Part shown: positions 1 to 12,117 of the stretch, in pieces
Position numbering within the stretch: the first letter of the stretch is position 1
Layout: each line of letters begins with the position of its first letter
NCBI RefSeq assembly: GCF_001194135.2
Contig: NC_068997.1
Span: 34,177,131-34,241,130 of the forward strand
Direction of reading: 5' to 3'
Length of the DNA stretch: 64,000 nucleotides
DNA from: Octopus bimaculoides
Taxonomy: Eukaryota
Position numbers and translations under genes: made by a program
The notes under the pieces: model-generated
What the model was told of the DNA's origin: nothing
Databases searched by the model: none
Seen by the model: only the letters and a program-made list of their open reading frames with translations

Positions 1-689
1 CACTATTTTAAATCCTACGTTTATCCGAATAATTATCTTAGTAAATGCAAAGTGACTTCAATTTTTCGAATTCGACCATAGGTAGCAAATGGTCATATAT
101 TATCTCTATCCCTAATGGATTTACATCGTCCCCAAAGTTTGCTTTTAATTTTCTTTAGTTTTTCATGTCAATTAAAATGCATTCCATACCTGGAACTCTT
201 ATGTTATCCTCTTCTATGACTCTAAATACTGACTTCATCTTCCCAATTTTTTCTTCGATGGCCGCATTCGTCCAATAGTGTGTTACATATGCTCTATATT
301 TTTAATTGTTCTGTATTTCTTGTGTGTCTGCTTGTGTTTATTCAGTTAGTGAATCTGTACTGTCAGAATTTGTTCGCGTATACCTACCTGAAGTGTCTGT
401 GAGTGCTTGTGAATATTCTACTGGAGTTACTGGTCTGTATGTGCGAGGTGGTGCATATTTAGTTTGGGATTCTGGGATGTCTGCGATATTCTTGTGTGTT
501 TGTGCTGTGTGGGCGTTTGTGTGTCACTCAGTTCTTTCTTTTTTTTTTAGAATTCTTTGGGGGTGGAGAGTTCTTGATGTCTTTCATCTTCCTGTTCTGT
601 GTTTCTTAGACTCCATCTGTACCTCCTCAGTACCTTCCTTCAACTTCTCGTTGCTACTCATTTCCTCTTGTCTCACCTACATTGATGTT

Positions 690-1140
690 TGGTTATCGAG
701 AAGGGGGCAAACTTAATATGGTCCTTCTCTCTGCAGTGGTAGCATGTGGGAGGTCTTCGCTCCACTAACACACACAGCCTCACATCCTCTGGCAGCTCAA
801 TTTCCTCCGTTATCTCTTGGAGGTCTAGTGCGGTGGCCTGGACTTCTAGGCCATATCCCCACTAATTCAGCTGTTTAGTTCGGCTCATCTGCAGCACTTG
901 AGGGTCATCTTTTGTGTCCATCAGGATAGCTGCTAGCAGCCACATCTCGTTGATCTATGCGGGCACCCTACCAATTCTCACTCCTTCTATTCGCTTTCCG
1001 AGATAAGTTGGTAGTAGAACCCATTTTTCCGATTGCAAGATCACAGTGGAGTGCGCTTCCCGACTGTGGGATTGTCGTAGCCCGCCTGCCTTCAAACGGT
1101 TGATTTCTGTAGTTATTATCATCGTATTTTGGTGATTTAA
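690..1140 (-). mobile_element. Decayed gag-like ORF1 with zinc knuckle, probable non-LTR retrotransposon remnant
   Basis: Manual minus-strand translation stays in one frame over ~450 nt with two stops: ...LLPTYLGKRIEGVRIGRVPA*INEMWLLAAIL...EIELPEDVRLCVLVERRPPTCYHCREKDHIKF. The CX2CX4H motif is followed by a probable frameshift. Clade not determined. Confidence 0.55.
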
Positions 1141-1219
1141 ATAGGAGTTTTGATTGTATGTCTACTAGCAGGTAGCCATACTTAGTATGTCCCTTGATTA
1201 ATTTAAATCCTTCAGGTAG

Positions 1220-1225
1220 TATATA

Positions 1226-1272
<47 letters not shown>
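1220..1272. repeat. (TA)n microsatellite
   Basis: Direct inspection. Confidence 0.95.
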
Positions 1273-1276
<4 letters not shown>

Positions 1277-1378
1277 CTCTTAGCTGAGAGGAAATACGCA
1301 CAGAGATGGAGCACATACATACATGCAGGAACGATGCATACGCACTCACACGCACATACCTAGTCATACACTGATGAT

Positions 1379-1420
1379 GCCCATGTGCCCATGTGCCCAT
1401 GTGCCCATGTGCCCATGTGC
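1379..1420. repeat. 8-bp tandem repeat (GCCCATGT) x5
   Basis: Five perfect units. Confidence 0.95.
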
Positions 1421-2598
1421 ATATACAAGTAAACGGGCTTGACACACAACAGCGACAAAACCATAACGGTGACAGAAAGCTAAGAGCGGAGAGACAGATT
1501 ATTTTCATACCAAAATGAATGGCTGCGTTATAACGTTCGTATAAGTCTTACTTGCGTATCAGTTCAGTATCATTAGCAAGCCCACCCATGCAAATGTAGC
1601 AATCTCTACCACAACCCTCTCTACCATCTAAAATGTATATGGAGGTGATGTGCCGCTTGTGTTGTAGCTTTATACGCTACGAATGTCAACGTCTCAATAT
1701 TATTCTCTTGGTAAAGACAGTTAAATGTTAAATATATTCCGCTGTCTGTTTGTCATCCAGCTATTTCCTCACCTAACAACTACCCTCGACGCCTCCCCAC
1801 TTCACTCTCTTTTATCCAAACAACACCTTTAAAGAAAAGGATAACGACTTTTGTTTGAACAATGACCGACATTTTGCATTGTCAGTCTCGAATGGGTTCG
1901 TATTTTTGCTGTGGTTATTGTTATTATTGTTAGATTTTAGACTCAGAAATGAATATTAGTACATTATTGTTGTTGTTTGAGTTGCTGTTGTTATGGAAGT
2001 TGTTTCCCATGATTCTGGTGTAGCTGCAATGGTTGCTGTCATGATTGTTGTTGTTGTAGTTGCGTAGTTCCTGTTATAACTTGTTGAAACTGTAGTGATT
2101 GTAGTTGTCGTCGTCGTCGTTGTTGCTGTTGCAGTAATGGTGGATTTTATCATTTGATTTTTACTGTCGTTATGAAAAAGAAAAGAGATAGTACATCGTG
2201 AGGTACTCTGCTGCAACACATCACATTGGACTATACGGAAGTATTTCACACAAAAGTGTATAAAACAGTATGATAGTGTACATCCATACATAAGTGCACC
2301 TAAATACAAGTGCAATGCAATACAACTTAGGTTTTGTTTTTAGAATATTGTAAGACTGTAATGACGTGAAGTGTAGTGTTATCGTTTTGTTCCGTATAAG
2401 CCGTGAATGAGTAGACCTAAGATAAAATATGTTATAATCATGATCAGCACGCCTATTTATATATATAGGAATACATTAACTAATGTTTTAATAATTTTTT
2501 AAGATGGTAGGATGTGACCAGAGACGAATTTGGTTACTGTCTCCACTAGAGTGAGCGACGGCATAATAGTGAAGTGTGCTTTATGTAATGCAGCAGAG

Positions 2599-3391
2599 CA
2601 GGGATCACCAAACGACGGTCCGGGGGCGGGATTCGGCCCGCGAGGTCAGTTCCTCCGGTCCGCCACCGCACTGTACCTTTTGTGTACCTGCAATGAGAGT
2701 TCATTCCTGCAACAATCGTGTTTTAACTTGCATTGCTGTGTTGAAACCGGTTTGAAGAGTGCCATATGTAAAAGGGACTGACTTCAGTGAATTGTGTCAT
2801 ATATTTTCCATATTTGAGTGTTGAAGGAACTCGCAAGAGGTAAGCAGATAAGCATCGCATTGGTTTGCCAGCAAATGACTTGTTGAAAGAGAAGCGCAGA
2901 GAAGGCAGACTTGTTGAATTTCATTGCTACTTACCTGATGAGGAGTTTTCAAAGTTGAAGAAATTTGCTTCTAATATGACATCAGCATATGGAACAATTT
3001 ATGTCTGTGAGCAAACATTTTCAAAAATGAAGCATGTGAAGTCAACACATCAAATGAGGTTGACTGATGAACATTTGAAAGCTATTCTCTTGGTTGGATG
3101 CAGCAATTCCAAAGCAAATATTGATGATATCTAAAAAGCTAAACACCAGTTTCACAAATCTCACCAACCTTTTTGCTGCTTATTTTGTGAGATTCGGATA
3201 TGTGCGCACTGGGTGTGATGTAACTATTTTATTGCTGACGTCACCTTCTTTGATAACATTTTGGTAAATAAATATGTTGGTTGTCTTTATTTTTTGTGTA
3301 TTCACTGTATTGCGTTAAACAAAACGGTTATGCGACCCGCATTCGTCATTTAGTTATCTGACCCACTGTGAAAAAAGTTTGGTAATCCTTG
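2599..3391 (+). mobile_element. Internally deleted hAT (Charlie/SPIN-like) DNA transposon with both TIRs and 8-bp TSD
   Basis: 5' TIR CAGGGATCACCAAAC (2599-2613) and 3' TIR GTTTGGTAATCCTTG (3377-3391), 13/15 match. Flanks CAGCAGAG / CAGTAGAG match at 7/8. ORF 2865-3134 reads FSKLKKFASNMTSAYGTIYVCEQTFSKMKHVKSTHQMRLTDEHL, matching the hAT C-terminal dimerisation domain. Confidence 0.9.
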
Positions 3392-3440
3392 CAGTAGAGG
3401 TTGTGTCGCCCGATGATGACATGTCATAATACATTTTACC

Positions 3441-3547
3441 ATACATACATACATACATGCATACATACATACATACATACATATATACACACACACACAC
3501 ATACATACATACATACATACATACATACATACATACATACATACATA
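3441..3547. repeat. (TACA)n microsatellite at the 5' flank of the retroelement
   Basis: Direct inspection. Confidence 0.95.
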
Positions 3548-6065
3548 GACTCTTTCTGGAGAAAAATCTGGAGTGAAGAGGTTTTTAACCAAGATACTCT
3601 GTGGCTGGAAGAAATCCGAAGTCATTGCTCCTGCATTGTACCCAAGACATACAACATTGATGGCGAAACTCTTGCACAAACGCTTGTGATTCAGAAACTC
3701 CAGGATGGAAAAACACCTGGAAGAAACTTGATTGTTGGATATTGGTACAAGAAGCTAACCTTCTACCAACCATATCTTATCCATCTGTACCAGCAAGCTC
3801 TCAATGGGAACAGTAGCATATCACACTGCTTAGCTCTGGCAGAGACAAAATTGACCCCCAAATGCAGGACCACCCACACGGCAAAAAACTACCGACCAAT
3901 TGCATGCCAGAACTTAATGTATAATATACAAGATACAGCATGCTTAAACCTCTTCCTCGACAGTAGAACAAGCAGCTGCTATATCAGTGGTGCGAGACCA
4001 CAGGATGAACCAAGTTTCAATGTGAATAGACTACAAGAAAGCCTTTGACTCTGTTCCCCATTCATGGATGCTAGAAATCTTTCAACTTCCTAAAGTTCCA
4101 ATGAGAATAGTCAAAACCATAGCTGACCTGACTTTATCGTGGGCCACCATCTTGAAATTAAACACAAAGAGTGACTGTATTATCACTGATAGATTACAGT
4201 ATCGCAAAGGCATATTCCAAGGAGACAGCCTCTCTGTGATGTCATTTATACTTTCTGTAAACCCCTTGTCATTCATGTTAAGGAAGTCTGAAGGATGTCT
4301 CATTGGTTCACAAGGAAACAGAAATACCAAAATTACACACTATTTCTTTGTGGATGACTTGAAACTTTATGCAAAGAATATGCATGAGAGGAAAAAGAGC
4401 CTTGACTTAGTTACAACATTCCCAAAGGATGTAGGGTTGGAGTTTGGTCAGAATAAATGTTGCTATATGGCTGTGAAAAGGGGGAAAACTATAAACGAGA
4501 CTAGTAACATCTCCATTAATGATTTGACTGTTTCCCCTGTATCTGACGAGGAATGTTACAGGTATCTAGGGGTGGATGAAAATATATCTTACAGTGGCAC
4601 CTGTAACAAAACATATGTCTCTAAAGAATATTACAGCCGAATAAAGAAAATTTGGACCTCAGAACTCTCTGCAGTCAATAAAACAGTGGCCCATAATGTG
4701 TTTGCAGTTCCAGTACTCATACCAACATTTAGACTGCTTGATTGAACGCTTGATGAGATCGGAGCCATTGATGTGAAAACCCGAAAAATACGAACAAGCA
4801 CACATCATTTCCACATAAATGGTGATGTAGACCGCCTCTACCAAAAACGAAAACAAGGCGGAAGAGGCTTAGCATCGATCCAGAATGCCTTTGAATGTCG
4901 CATCATATCCCTTCGGCAACATCTTTTAACCACCAAGTGTCGAAGTGCATCCCTTGACCAAGTTTGCATACATGAGGCTGGTAACATCATAAGACTTGGA
5001 AGGCAATTATTTGAGCAACACTCTTGTCTGATAATCTAGAATACATTCCCAAAGAAGTCGCACGACTCTACCGCAACGTTTCATCAAATGAAAGGATGCG
5101 CCTGTTTGAGCAGAAGACTATGCATGTATATGTTAGTAGAAAGCTCCGAGATAATAGTAATATTGATTATCAAAGCAGTCCATTATAGACCATTTGCGGG
5201 ATTACTACCCCTCACTATGAAGGGTATGCTTTTTTCAATCCAGGAGCAAGAAATATTAACCAAATAGCCGATGCATAAAAGGAGTGGCGATGCAGGAAAA
5301 GCAGTAAAATGTGGCAACCGATGCAGACTTTGTAGAGTTAACACCGAAGATATCAGCCACATCATAAGCAGTTGTCCGAAAATGAAATCCGTCGAAAGGA
5401 TAACCACGAGGATAAAGAAATAAGAACCCATAGTATGTCAGAAGTCATAGCTACTCATAATAAAAAGGAGTACTGGTGGAATGTCCCAGTGAAAACCTCA
5501 ATAAAATGTAAGCGCAACAGACGTGATATAATGCTTTGGGTTAGAGAAGAGAAACTGTGCACAGTTGTGGAAGTTATCTGCTCAGCGGCTGTTAGCATAA
5601 AGCTGAAGCTCAGAGAAAAAGAGAATACCTACGCTGAACTATTGATAAATCTGCAGTTACTCTATTCAAATTACAAGTTCAGGTTTATACCTGTAATTAT
5701 CGGGGCCCTGGGATATGTAACACACTGCCTAAATACCAATCTTGAGAAATTAGGCTTCTCAGAACCAGAAAGGAGAAAGCTAATTCGAAGACTACAGATG
5801 CAATCCATCATTGGAATTGTAAAAATCTGTAAAACTTTCCAGAAGTTTATCATTAAAATATGTATGAACATGTCTAGATATGCAACTATATGCATGAGAA
5901 TACATACATAAAACAAAACATACAAATCTGCACACTTACATACATACATACATACAAATATACCCTGTTGTTGATATTGAAATTCCAATGAAGGAGCTAT
6001 AGATCTGGGTTAGAAGCCAGCTCTTTACCTATTGGCAAGAAATCTTGAAATAAAAGTGAACAATG
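3548..6065 (+). mobile_element. 5'-truncated R4/Dong-like non-LTR retrotransposon (RT-CCHC-RLE) flanked by (TACA)n
   Basis: Frameshifted ORF pieces: DSFWRKIW, KNYRPIACQNLMY, KGIFQGDSLS, FFVDDLKLY, CRLCRVNTEDISHIISSC (CCHC), and an RLE region ending FRFIPVIIGALG. About 200 bp of 3' UTR runs directly into (ACAT)n. Confidence 0.9.
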
Positions 6066-6072
6066 ACATACA

Positions 6073-6107
<35 letters not shown>

Positions 6108-6146
6108 GCATACATACATACATACATGCATACATACATACATACA
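6066..6146. repeat. (TACA)n microsatellite / 3' tail
   Basis: Direct inspection. Confidence 0.95.
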
Positions 6147-6929
6147 TCTCAACAATTAAATTTTCTATGCTCTAAGAGTCTCCATATTTTAGAACAGCAT
6201 ACGTTAAATCTCTACACTCATACAACATGTAGTAACTTTGTCTGATTACAACAATTGTTGAGATATAATAAATGGGAAATATTGTTAATGACACAATTTT
6301 ACAACGTTATAGTAGTATTCAGTTGTTTAAAGTGCCACACAATAGGATGAAGCTCCATTGTGGCGAAAAGAACTTCTGAGACATGCAGTCAACCTGTGCA
6401 GATTCACTTTTACCGTTAGTGAACTTATTATTCATAAACCAGATAATAAAGCAAAAGAAACTCGTCCTTGTTTCAGGTACGTCGTTGTTTGATGCAACTG
6501 TTCCTGTAAGCTTCAAGACATCAAGATTCAAATTCATCTTTCGACCGCTCAGCACTTTAGTATTCGGAGCTAAATACTAATTTAGTGAAATTCTGAAGCT
6601 CGGTGACACATTATTTATTTTCGTATAGACCTATTTAAAAGGTGTTACTCTATATATCACATTGCATACTATTGCGCTGTCTATCGTTGGTGTAATTTCA
6701 AGATTGTCATATAGTCCATACATGTCGACGCTGTAATACCAGTCTATGTCTGTCTGTATGTATGTATATCTCAATTTCTGTTAATCCTCCACGTACATGT
6801 ATACAAAACGAAAACGAATCTCCTAAGTGTATGGCTTCATTTAGAATTCATCAAATATATCCGGACTTATCAACGATGATTTGTCCTGTTTTGCTCGGAA
6901 AACTTTTTTCTCACAGATTACCCCTCCGA

Positions 6930-7200
6930 TTACGTTTTGTGAATATTGAGCTTCTGAAAAATGTAATTGAGAAAAATCCAAATCGAACTGCACGAGAATT
7001 AGTCATAATTCGGTCATGAGACGCATCGATGAACGAGGAAACGAGTCTAAACTTGTTCAGTGGATTCCTCATCATCTGGCTGCATCTCAGCTTAAAGAAT
7101 TGCATTTTGCCCGGACAGAATCTACTCAACTGAAGGAAATGAATTCTTTATAATTATATCCAACGAAAGCAACAATGGTTAACCGCCTGACAATGAAAAC
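6930..7200 (+). mobile_element. Highly decayed mariner transposase fragment
   Basis: ELLKNVIEKNPNRTAREL (HTH region), then after a frameshift SKLVQWIPHHL (7061-7078, the WVPHEL motif) and KRKQQW. Confidence 0.65.
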
Positions 7201-7607
7201 GAGAATCACCAAACAAGACTACTTTCGAAAAATATAATACTCTGTGCTAGTAGTATATGAAGAGTGTCGTCATGTTAAACCAAAACGAAACAGTTGCGTC
7301 ATCAGTTGCAAGCATTGCTAAAAAATTTACAGTCAATTATAAAAGGGTGTCGATCTTACATGATAATACAAGACTATATTATATACTAAGATCAAGGAGA
7401 TCTTAGGAGATATATACTGTCTAAGATCAAGGATGTCTAAGAACACGGAAGTTTTGCCTCACACATCTTACTTCTCATATGTGTGTGTGCGTGTGTTTAT
7501 TCACACAGCTTCCGTGTATCAAATTCATTCACAAGGTGCCGCGCAGTAGCAGCGAACTATTACAAAAGGAGTGGTGACAATGACATCAAAATTTCGGCAT
7601 CCTAGCC

Positions 7608-7651
7608 TCCATCGGACGAAGGTTAGGAGGCCGAAACTTCTAAGTCACGGA
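7608..7651 (+). ncRNA. Degenerate minimal type-I hammerhead ribozyme fold (Penelope-type)
   Basis: TCCAT | CGGACGA A | GGTT-agga-GGCC | GAAA | CTT-ct-AAG | TC | ACGGA. Core differs from CUGANGA at U4, stem I is 4/5 paired, and a GUC triplet is present. Confidence 0.5.
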
Positions 7652-7699
7652 CAACACTCTTCTAGCAAAGTATAGTACATAATATACATTAGTGACAGA

Positions 7700-8205
7700 G
7701 ACAGTATTAATACCAAGATGTAATATTTATCCCCGCTTAAACGTAGTTGTTCAGTCAGAACAAACTATATAGAGCTGTAATTACCATGAGAGAAAATCTC
7801 ATATTGGCTTTTGGTACAAAATATACTCTAGTTTATATCGCTAGTGGAAAGACAAATCCATGCCATCTCCAGCGTCGTAACTACCAAATCACTTGATTTC
7901 GCCCCTCCTTTGTGTCGTCTCTGATGGACGCTCAACTGCTAGAAATAGCAACGATTCATATCCCCGTCAGCGATGTGCAGAATAACAGTACCAGGACAGG
8001 CGCTGGTGTCGCAATTAGCCAGTGAGCTTGTTACAAAATGCATTAGCGACCGAGGCAGTATTAATAGCAAAAGTAATATTTATCCCCACTTAAATGTTAG
8101 AACAAACTATACTGCAGTAGTTACTATGAGAGAAAGTCTTATTCTGGCTTTTTGGTGCAAAAGGCACTCTTGTTTACATTGCTAGTGGAGAGGTAAATTC
8201 ACCAG
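7700..8205. repeat. Two diverged direct copies of a ~155-bp sequence (about 7700-7860 and 8052-8205)
   Basis: Shared blocks CAGTATTAATA, GTAATATTTATCCCC, AGAACAAACTATA, ATGAGAGAAA and GCTAGTGGA occur in the same order. Confidence 0.75.
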
Positions 8206-8388
8206 ATAACGTTATTTCGACCTTTCTTGATCTTGTCAATAATGGACATTTGACCGGTAAAGTCATTGACAAAACCTATTTTTGCACCCTTTACCATATG
8301 AGAGGATTTTTTTCTCTACGGTAACTGCAGTGAATTTTGCTTCACAAACATTTTAACTAACCTAACGTGCACGCGCGCACGCGCACGC

Positions 8389-8444
<56 letters not shown>

Positions 8445-8984
8445 ATACACACTGCATATATGAATATAAAACATACATAAATGTAAATAATGTTTTACTC
8501 TTAGCCAAATAGATTGTTTTGTAAATACCTAAGTGCGAACAGGGAGAAGAAAAGAATATATCCAAATTATTGCAATATTTTGGGCCTCTTGCATAAAAGA
8601 TTTCTTACTTTATGTCTCGAGCAATAAAAACAGTCAAGGGCTTGATGGATTAAGAATGGCCTCTTTGGATTATTCAGAGAAATGAATTTATGAATAACGA
8701 TTGACATTTCTGGACATTGCTTTGAATCATGAAACGAAGAGACCATTCTCTTACCAAAAATCTTACTGAACGAATATTCTGTATAATATGAACTCTTCTT
8801 GCAGTACCAGTTTAAGAAAGTTAGTTTCTCCCATTAGTAAATAGATATCTTCTTAATTTCCAGATGACGACGAATATATTAATGCCTTTAATTCTTATAA
8901 TTAGAAACTTTGCTGTTACAGCTTTATAAACAAAATACAATACTGCATATCGTTTGTAAAGCAGTGAGCAGGACTAATCGATAG

Positions 8985-9085
8985 GGGTCGATACAATAAG
9001 TACCAGTGAAACACTAGCCGTCGATGCAATCGACCCACCCACTCTCCCCAATGTGCTGGCTTTGTGCCAAAATTTGAAACCAATG
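8985..9085 (+). mobile_element. 3' fragment of tRNA-derived SINE (type A)
   Basis: GGGGTCGAT..AATAAGTACCAGTGAAACACT..GTCGATG..ATCGAC..CTTTGTGCCAAAATTTGAAACC, matching the full copies in this window. Confidence 0.75.
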
Positions 9086-9646
9086 TTATATATCACTCGG
9101 TGTATCAGGATCATTCTAACGGTCAACCTGGGAATATTTTTAGCGTATGTTCTTTACAAACCAGGTTTCGTATTTAATACTGTTGACATATGAAAGATTT
9201 GCCCTAAGAAGACTGGGGAAATTGCTTACCATGACCCACCAACAAATACCTTCTACTTTCAGCACGGGTGTTCTCTTTTCTTCCTGTGGTACACCTGTGT
9301 TTACATATATAAACACATACACACGCACACACATACATAAGCATATATGCATGTGTACATTTATATAGGAGAATGTATGTATACACACGCACACACATAC
9401 ATAAGCATATATGCCTGTTATACATTTATATAGGAGGATGTATGTATACACACATATATATGTTCGCAGTGGCTCTGACGAAAATAACATTCATTTTCTT
9501 AGGTCGTTCAATTTTCTTCACTTGATCAACAGACCAATTCAGTAAACCTATCAATAATGTACCTATACTGATTACTAGAAAAAGCTGTAAGACAAATTTT
9601 CTCTAATAAAGAAATTATATGTAATGACCATTACTTTTAACTTGTT

Positions 9647-9710
<64 letters not shown>

Positions 9711-10408
9711 GTCTTCTATTTTTTAATTATTACAAATCTTTCACTGATGAGGGACCCGGTTTCCAACAAAGATACAAGGCTCCGTCTTTAGATGTAATTA
9801 ACACAAACAAATTCACATTTGGAACTTGGGAAAAGTCTTGCATATTTTTACTGTTCCACTCACAGAATGCACTTGTATGTATGTATGTATGTATGTATGT
9901 ATGTACTATGTATTACAGCAGTATCAACGCCAAGCAGTGTTTAGGCATAAACGAACTTTAGGTTAGTTAAAATATGTTTGCGACATATTTCAATTTCTAA
10001 AGGCAAATTCACTGCAGTTACCATGAGGAAAAAACAAAAAAAAAAACATTCTCTCCAATGCTAAAAAGTTTGAAACGCGTGTGAGAATCCGATAGGGGTC
10101 AGGAATGGACGGATATGGTATTTTTACATCTTTTTGGCCATAAGACAGAATTTTGTCTCCGCACCTTGAGTTTGATCAACTGTTTAAATTGGATTTGCTA
10201 CTTACATATCTACGTACCTGCAGTATACTACCAATACATGATATCTGATGGTTGTTTTGTCTCACAGTGAACCCTATGTTATGGCACCTAACCTACATTT
10301 TAATAAATTCTGTAATTAATATTTATCTCTCTCTCTATGTATGTACATATGTGTGCGTGCGCGTATGTGTGTATGTGTGTGTGTGTGCGTGTTTGTGTAT
10401 GTATGTAG

Positions 10409-10455
<47 letters not shown>

Positions 10456-10966
10456 GGTGTCGAAATATAATGGTTCAATGGTATCTGTAGAACTTATATT
10501 TCAGGGATAAATCTTAGTTTCAGTGCGAGAAACAGATTTATAACTTCATCTTTTACGAAATGCTATTCTCTACGATTTTAATCACATTGTAAATACATGT
10601 AACAACCATACAGTTTCTTAGCGTATGAGAAAATTAAATGGAAGAAAATCTAGGCTTCTAACTGAAATAGGACGTAGAAGCTTACGTCTGTGTACTTTAT
10701 ATGTATTTTATATGTGTATTTATTGTCTCATATACATATACGTACACATACGCAAATATATGCGTATTCATAAATACACAAATACAAAACACATGCATAT
10801 TCATACATACTCGTAAACTACACAAAAACACACACATATGTAGTTTACGCGTGTATGTTTGTGTGGGTGCGTGTGCAACTTAGTGTAGGTGCGAATGTAC
10901 ATGCACAAGTGTTTTAATAAAGAAAGTAGCCCGATTTAAAGGCGATAAATTGAATACATCTTCAAA

Positions 10967-11007
10967 GCTCCAGGCAGGACTCGAACGTTGTTCGCCGACT
11001 GAGCTAT
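10967..11007 (-). pseudogene. tRNA-derived remnant lacking the anticodon arm
   Basis: Minus strand reads ATAGCTCAGTCGG (A box / D arm), 8 nt, then GTTCGAGTCCTGCCTGGAGC (B box / T arm and acceptor 3' strand). Confidence 0.55.
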
Positions 11008-11409
11008 TTTATAACGTATTGACAACTATCTTATAATGTATCTTTCTTCAGATATATTTTAAGTACTTGTATTATCTTACTTCTACTTTCTTCTGTGTTA
11101 TTAAATAAATGATGTCTAGAAACTGTTTCGTTTTGTGACTGACAAATGGGCGTTAACGGGCGATTTCTTGAAACTGATAATTGATTCACTCAAGTGGAAC
11201 ATATTTTACTTGTATCGTGATTGTTGTCCTTCCATCTTGTAACAAATGAGACGGAGATTTTGTATTAACATTGTTCTTGATATAATTTGAACGGCAACTG
11301 TATACTGATTCCCTCCAGCACTTCTCAGCCCCTCAACGATTGTCTTTTCATCGTAACTATACTCGTTTGGTGAAATCTATCCGGTTGCACTATTTTATTG
11401 TTGTTGTTG

Positions 11410-11451
<42 letters not shown>

Positions 11452-11452
11452 A

Positions 11453-11666
11453 GGCGGTGAGCTGGCAGAATCATTAGCACGCTGGACGAAATGCTTAAGT
11501 GGTATTTCGCCCATTGTTACGTTCTGAGTTCAAATTCCGCCGAGGTCGACTTTGCATTTCATCCTTTCGGAGTCGATAAATTAAATACCAGTAGAACACT
11601 GAAGTCCATGTAACCGACTTATCCCCACCTCTCCAAGCTGCCCTTTTGGAAAAAAATTTGGAATTG
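11453..11666 (+). mobile_element. tRNA-derived SINE type A
   Basis: Head GGCGGTGAGCTGGCAGAATC with B box GAGTTCAAATTCC. Follows a (TTG)(TTA)n run; its tail is interrupted by the next element. Confidence 0.9.
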
Positions 11667-12037
11667 TTACCTCCGTCTTAGCGAAGGCGAAGGATTTGCT
11701 TTCAGTCGTGTTTGTTTGCTTGTTTGTCCGTGGACAAGGTATCTCAAGAATCGCTGGATGGATTCGGATGAAACTTTCAGGAATGTTTGGCCTCTTGACT
11801 GGTACGAACTGATTAGATTTTGGGATCCATCCGGTACCGGACAAGGATTCTGGATTATTTTCCCGGTTTTTTTAACTTAATTTTTGAGAGCGGTCGGGTT
11901 CACTTTTAGTATTCTCGTTTGTGAGAGCAGTGGAGTTTATTTCAGGTATTCGCATTTTAAAAATCATCTCCGGCTAATCGTTGAGAGGACGTTGGTGTTG
12001 CCTTGGCGGAGGTTTTCACTCTCTGAGTGCTCTTGTT
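11667..12037 (+). mobile_element. Non-autonomous Helentron-type element (HINE/DINE-1-like architecture)
   Basis: 5' TTACCTCCGTC...GAAGGCGAAGG; internal (TGTT)n-like run; 3' sub-terminal inverted repeat CCTTGGCGGAGGT (12001-12013); hairpin CACTC-tct-GAGTG (12017-12029); T-rich end. Confidence 0.75.
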
Positions 12038-12069
12038 GTTGTTGTTTTTACTACTACTACTACTACTAC

Positions 12070-12102
<33 letters not shown>

Positions 12103-12117
12103 CATTATTATTATTAA

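Noticed and set aside
306-716. 136-aa plus-strand ORF
   Set aside because: It is antisense to a purine-rich low-complexity region downstream of the gag-like remnant, and has no recognisable motif.
8650-8752. Imperfect inverted repeat AAGAATGGCCTCTTTG / CGAAGAGACCATTCTC
   Set aside because: Only 13/16 match in AT-rich DNA, with poor pairing between the arms.
9744-9790. CTGATGA hammerhead core
   Set aside because: No GAAA follows the possible stem II, and no stems I or III form.
10218-10292. 75-nt minus-strand exon candidate (VRCHNIGFTVRQNNHQISCIGSILQ) with CAG|GTACGT donor
   Set aside because: The acceptor lacks a pyrimidine tract and the peptide is unrecognised; not distinguishable from chance.
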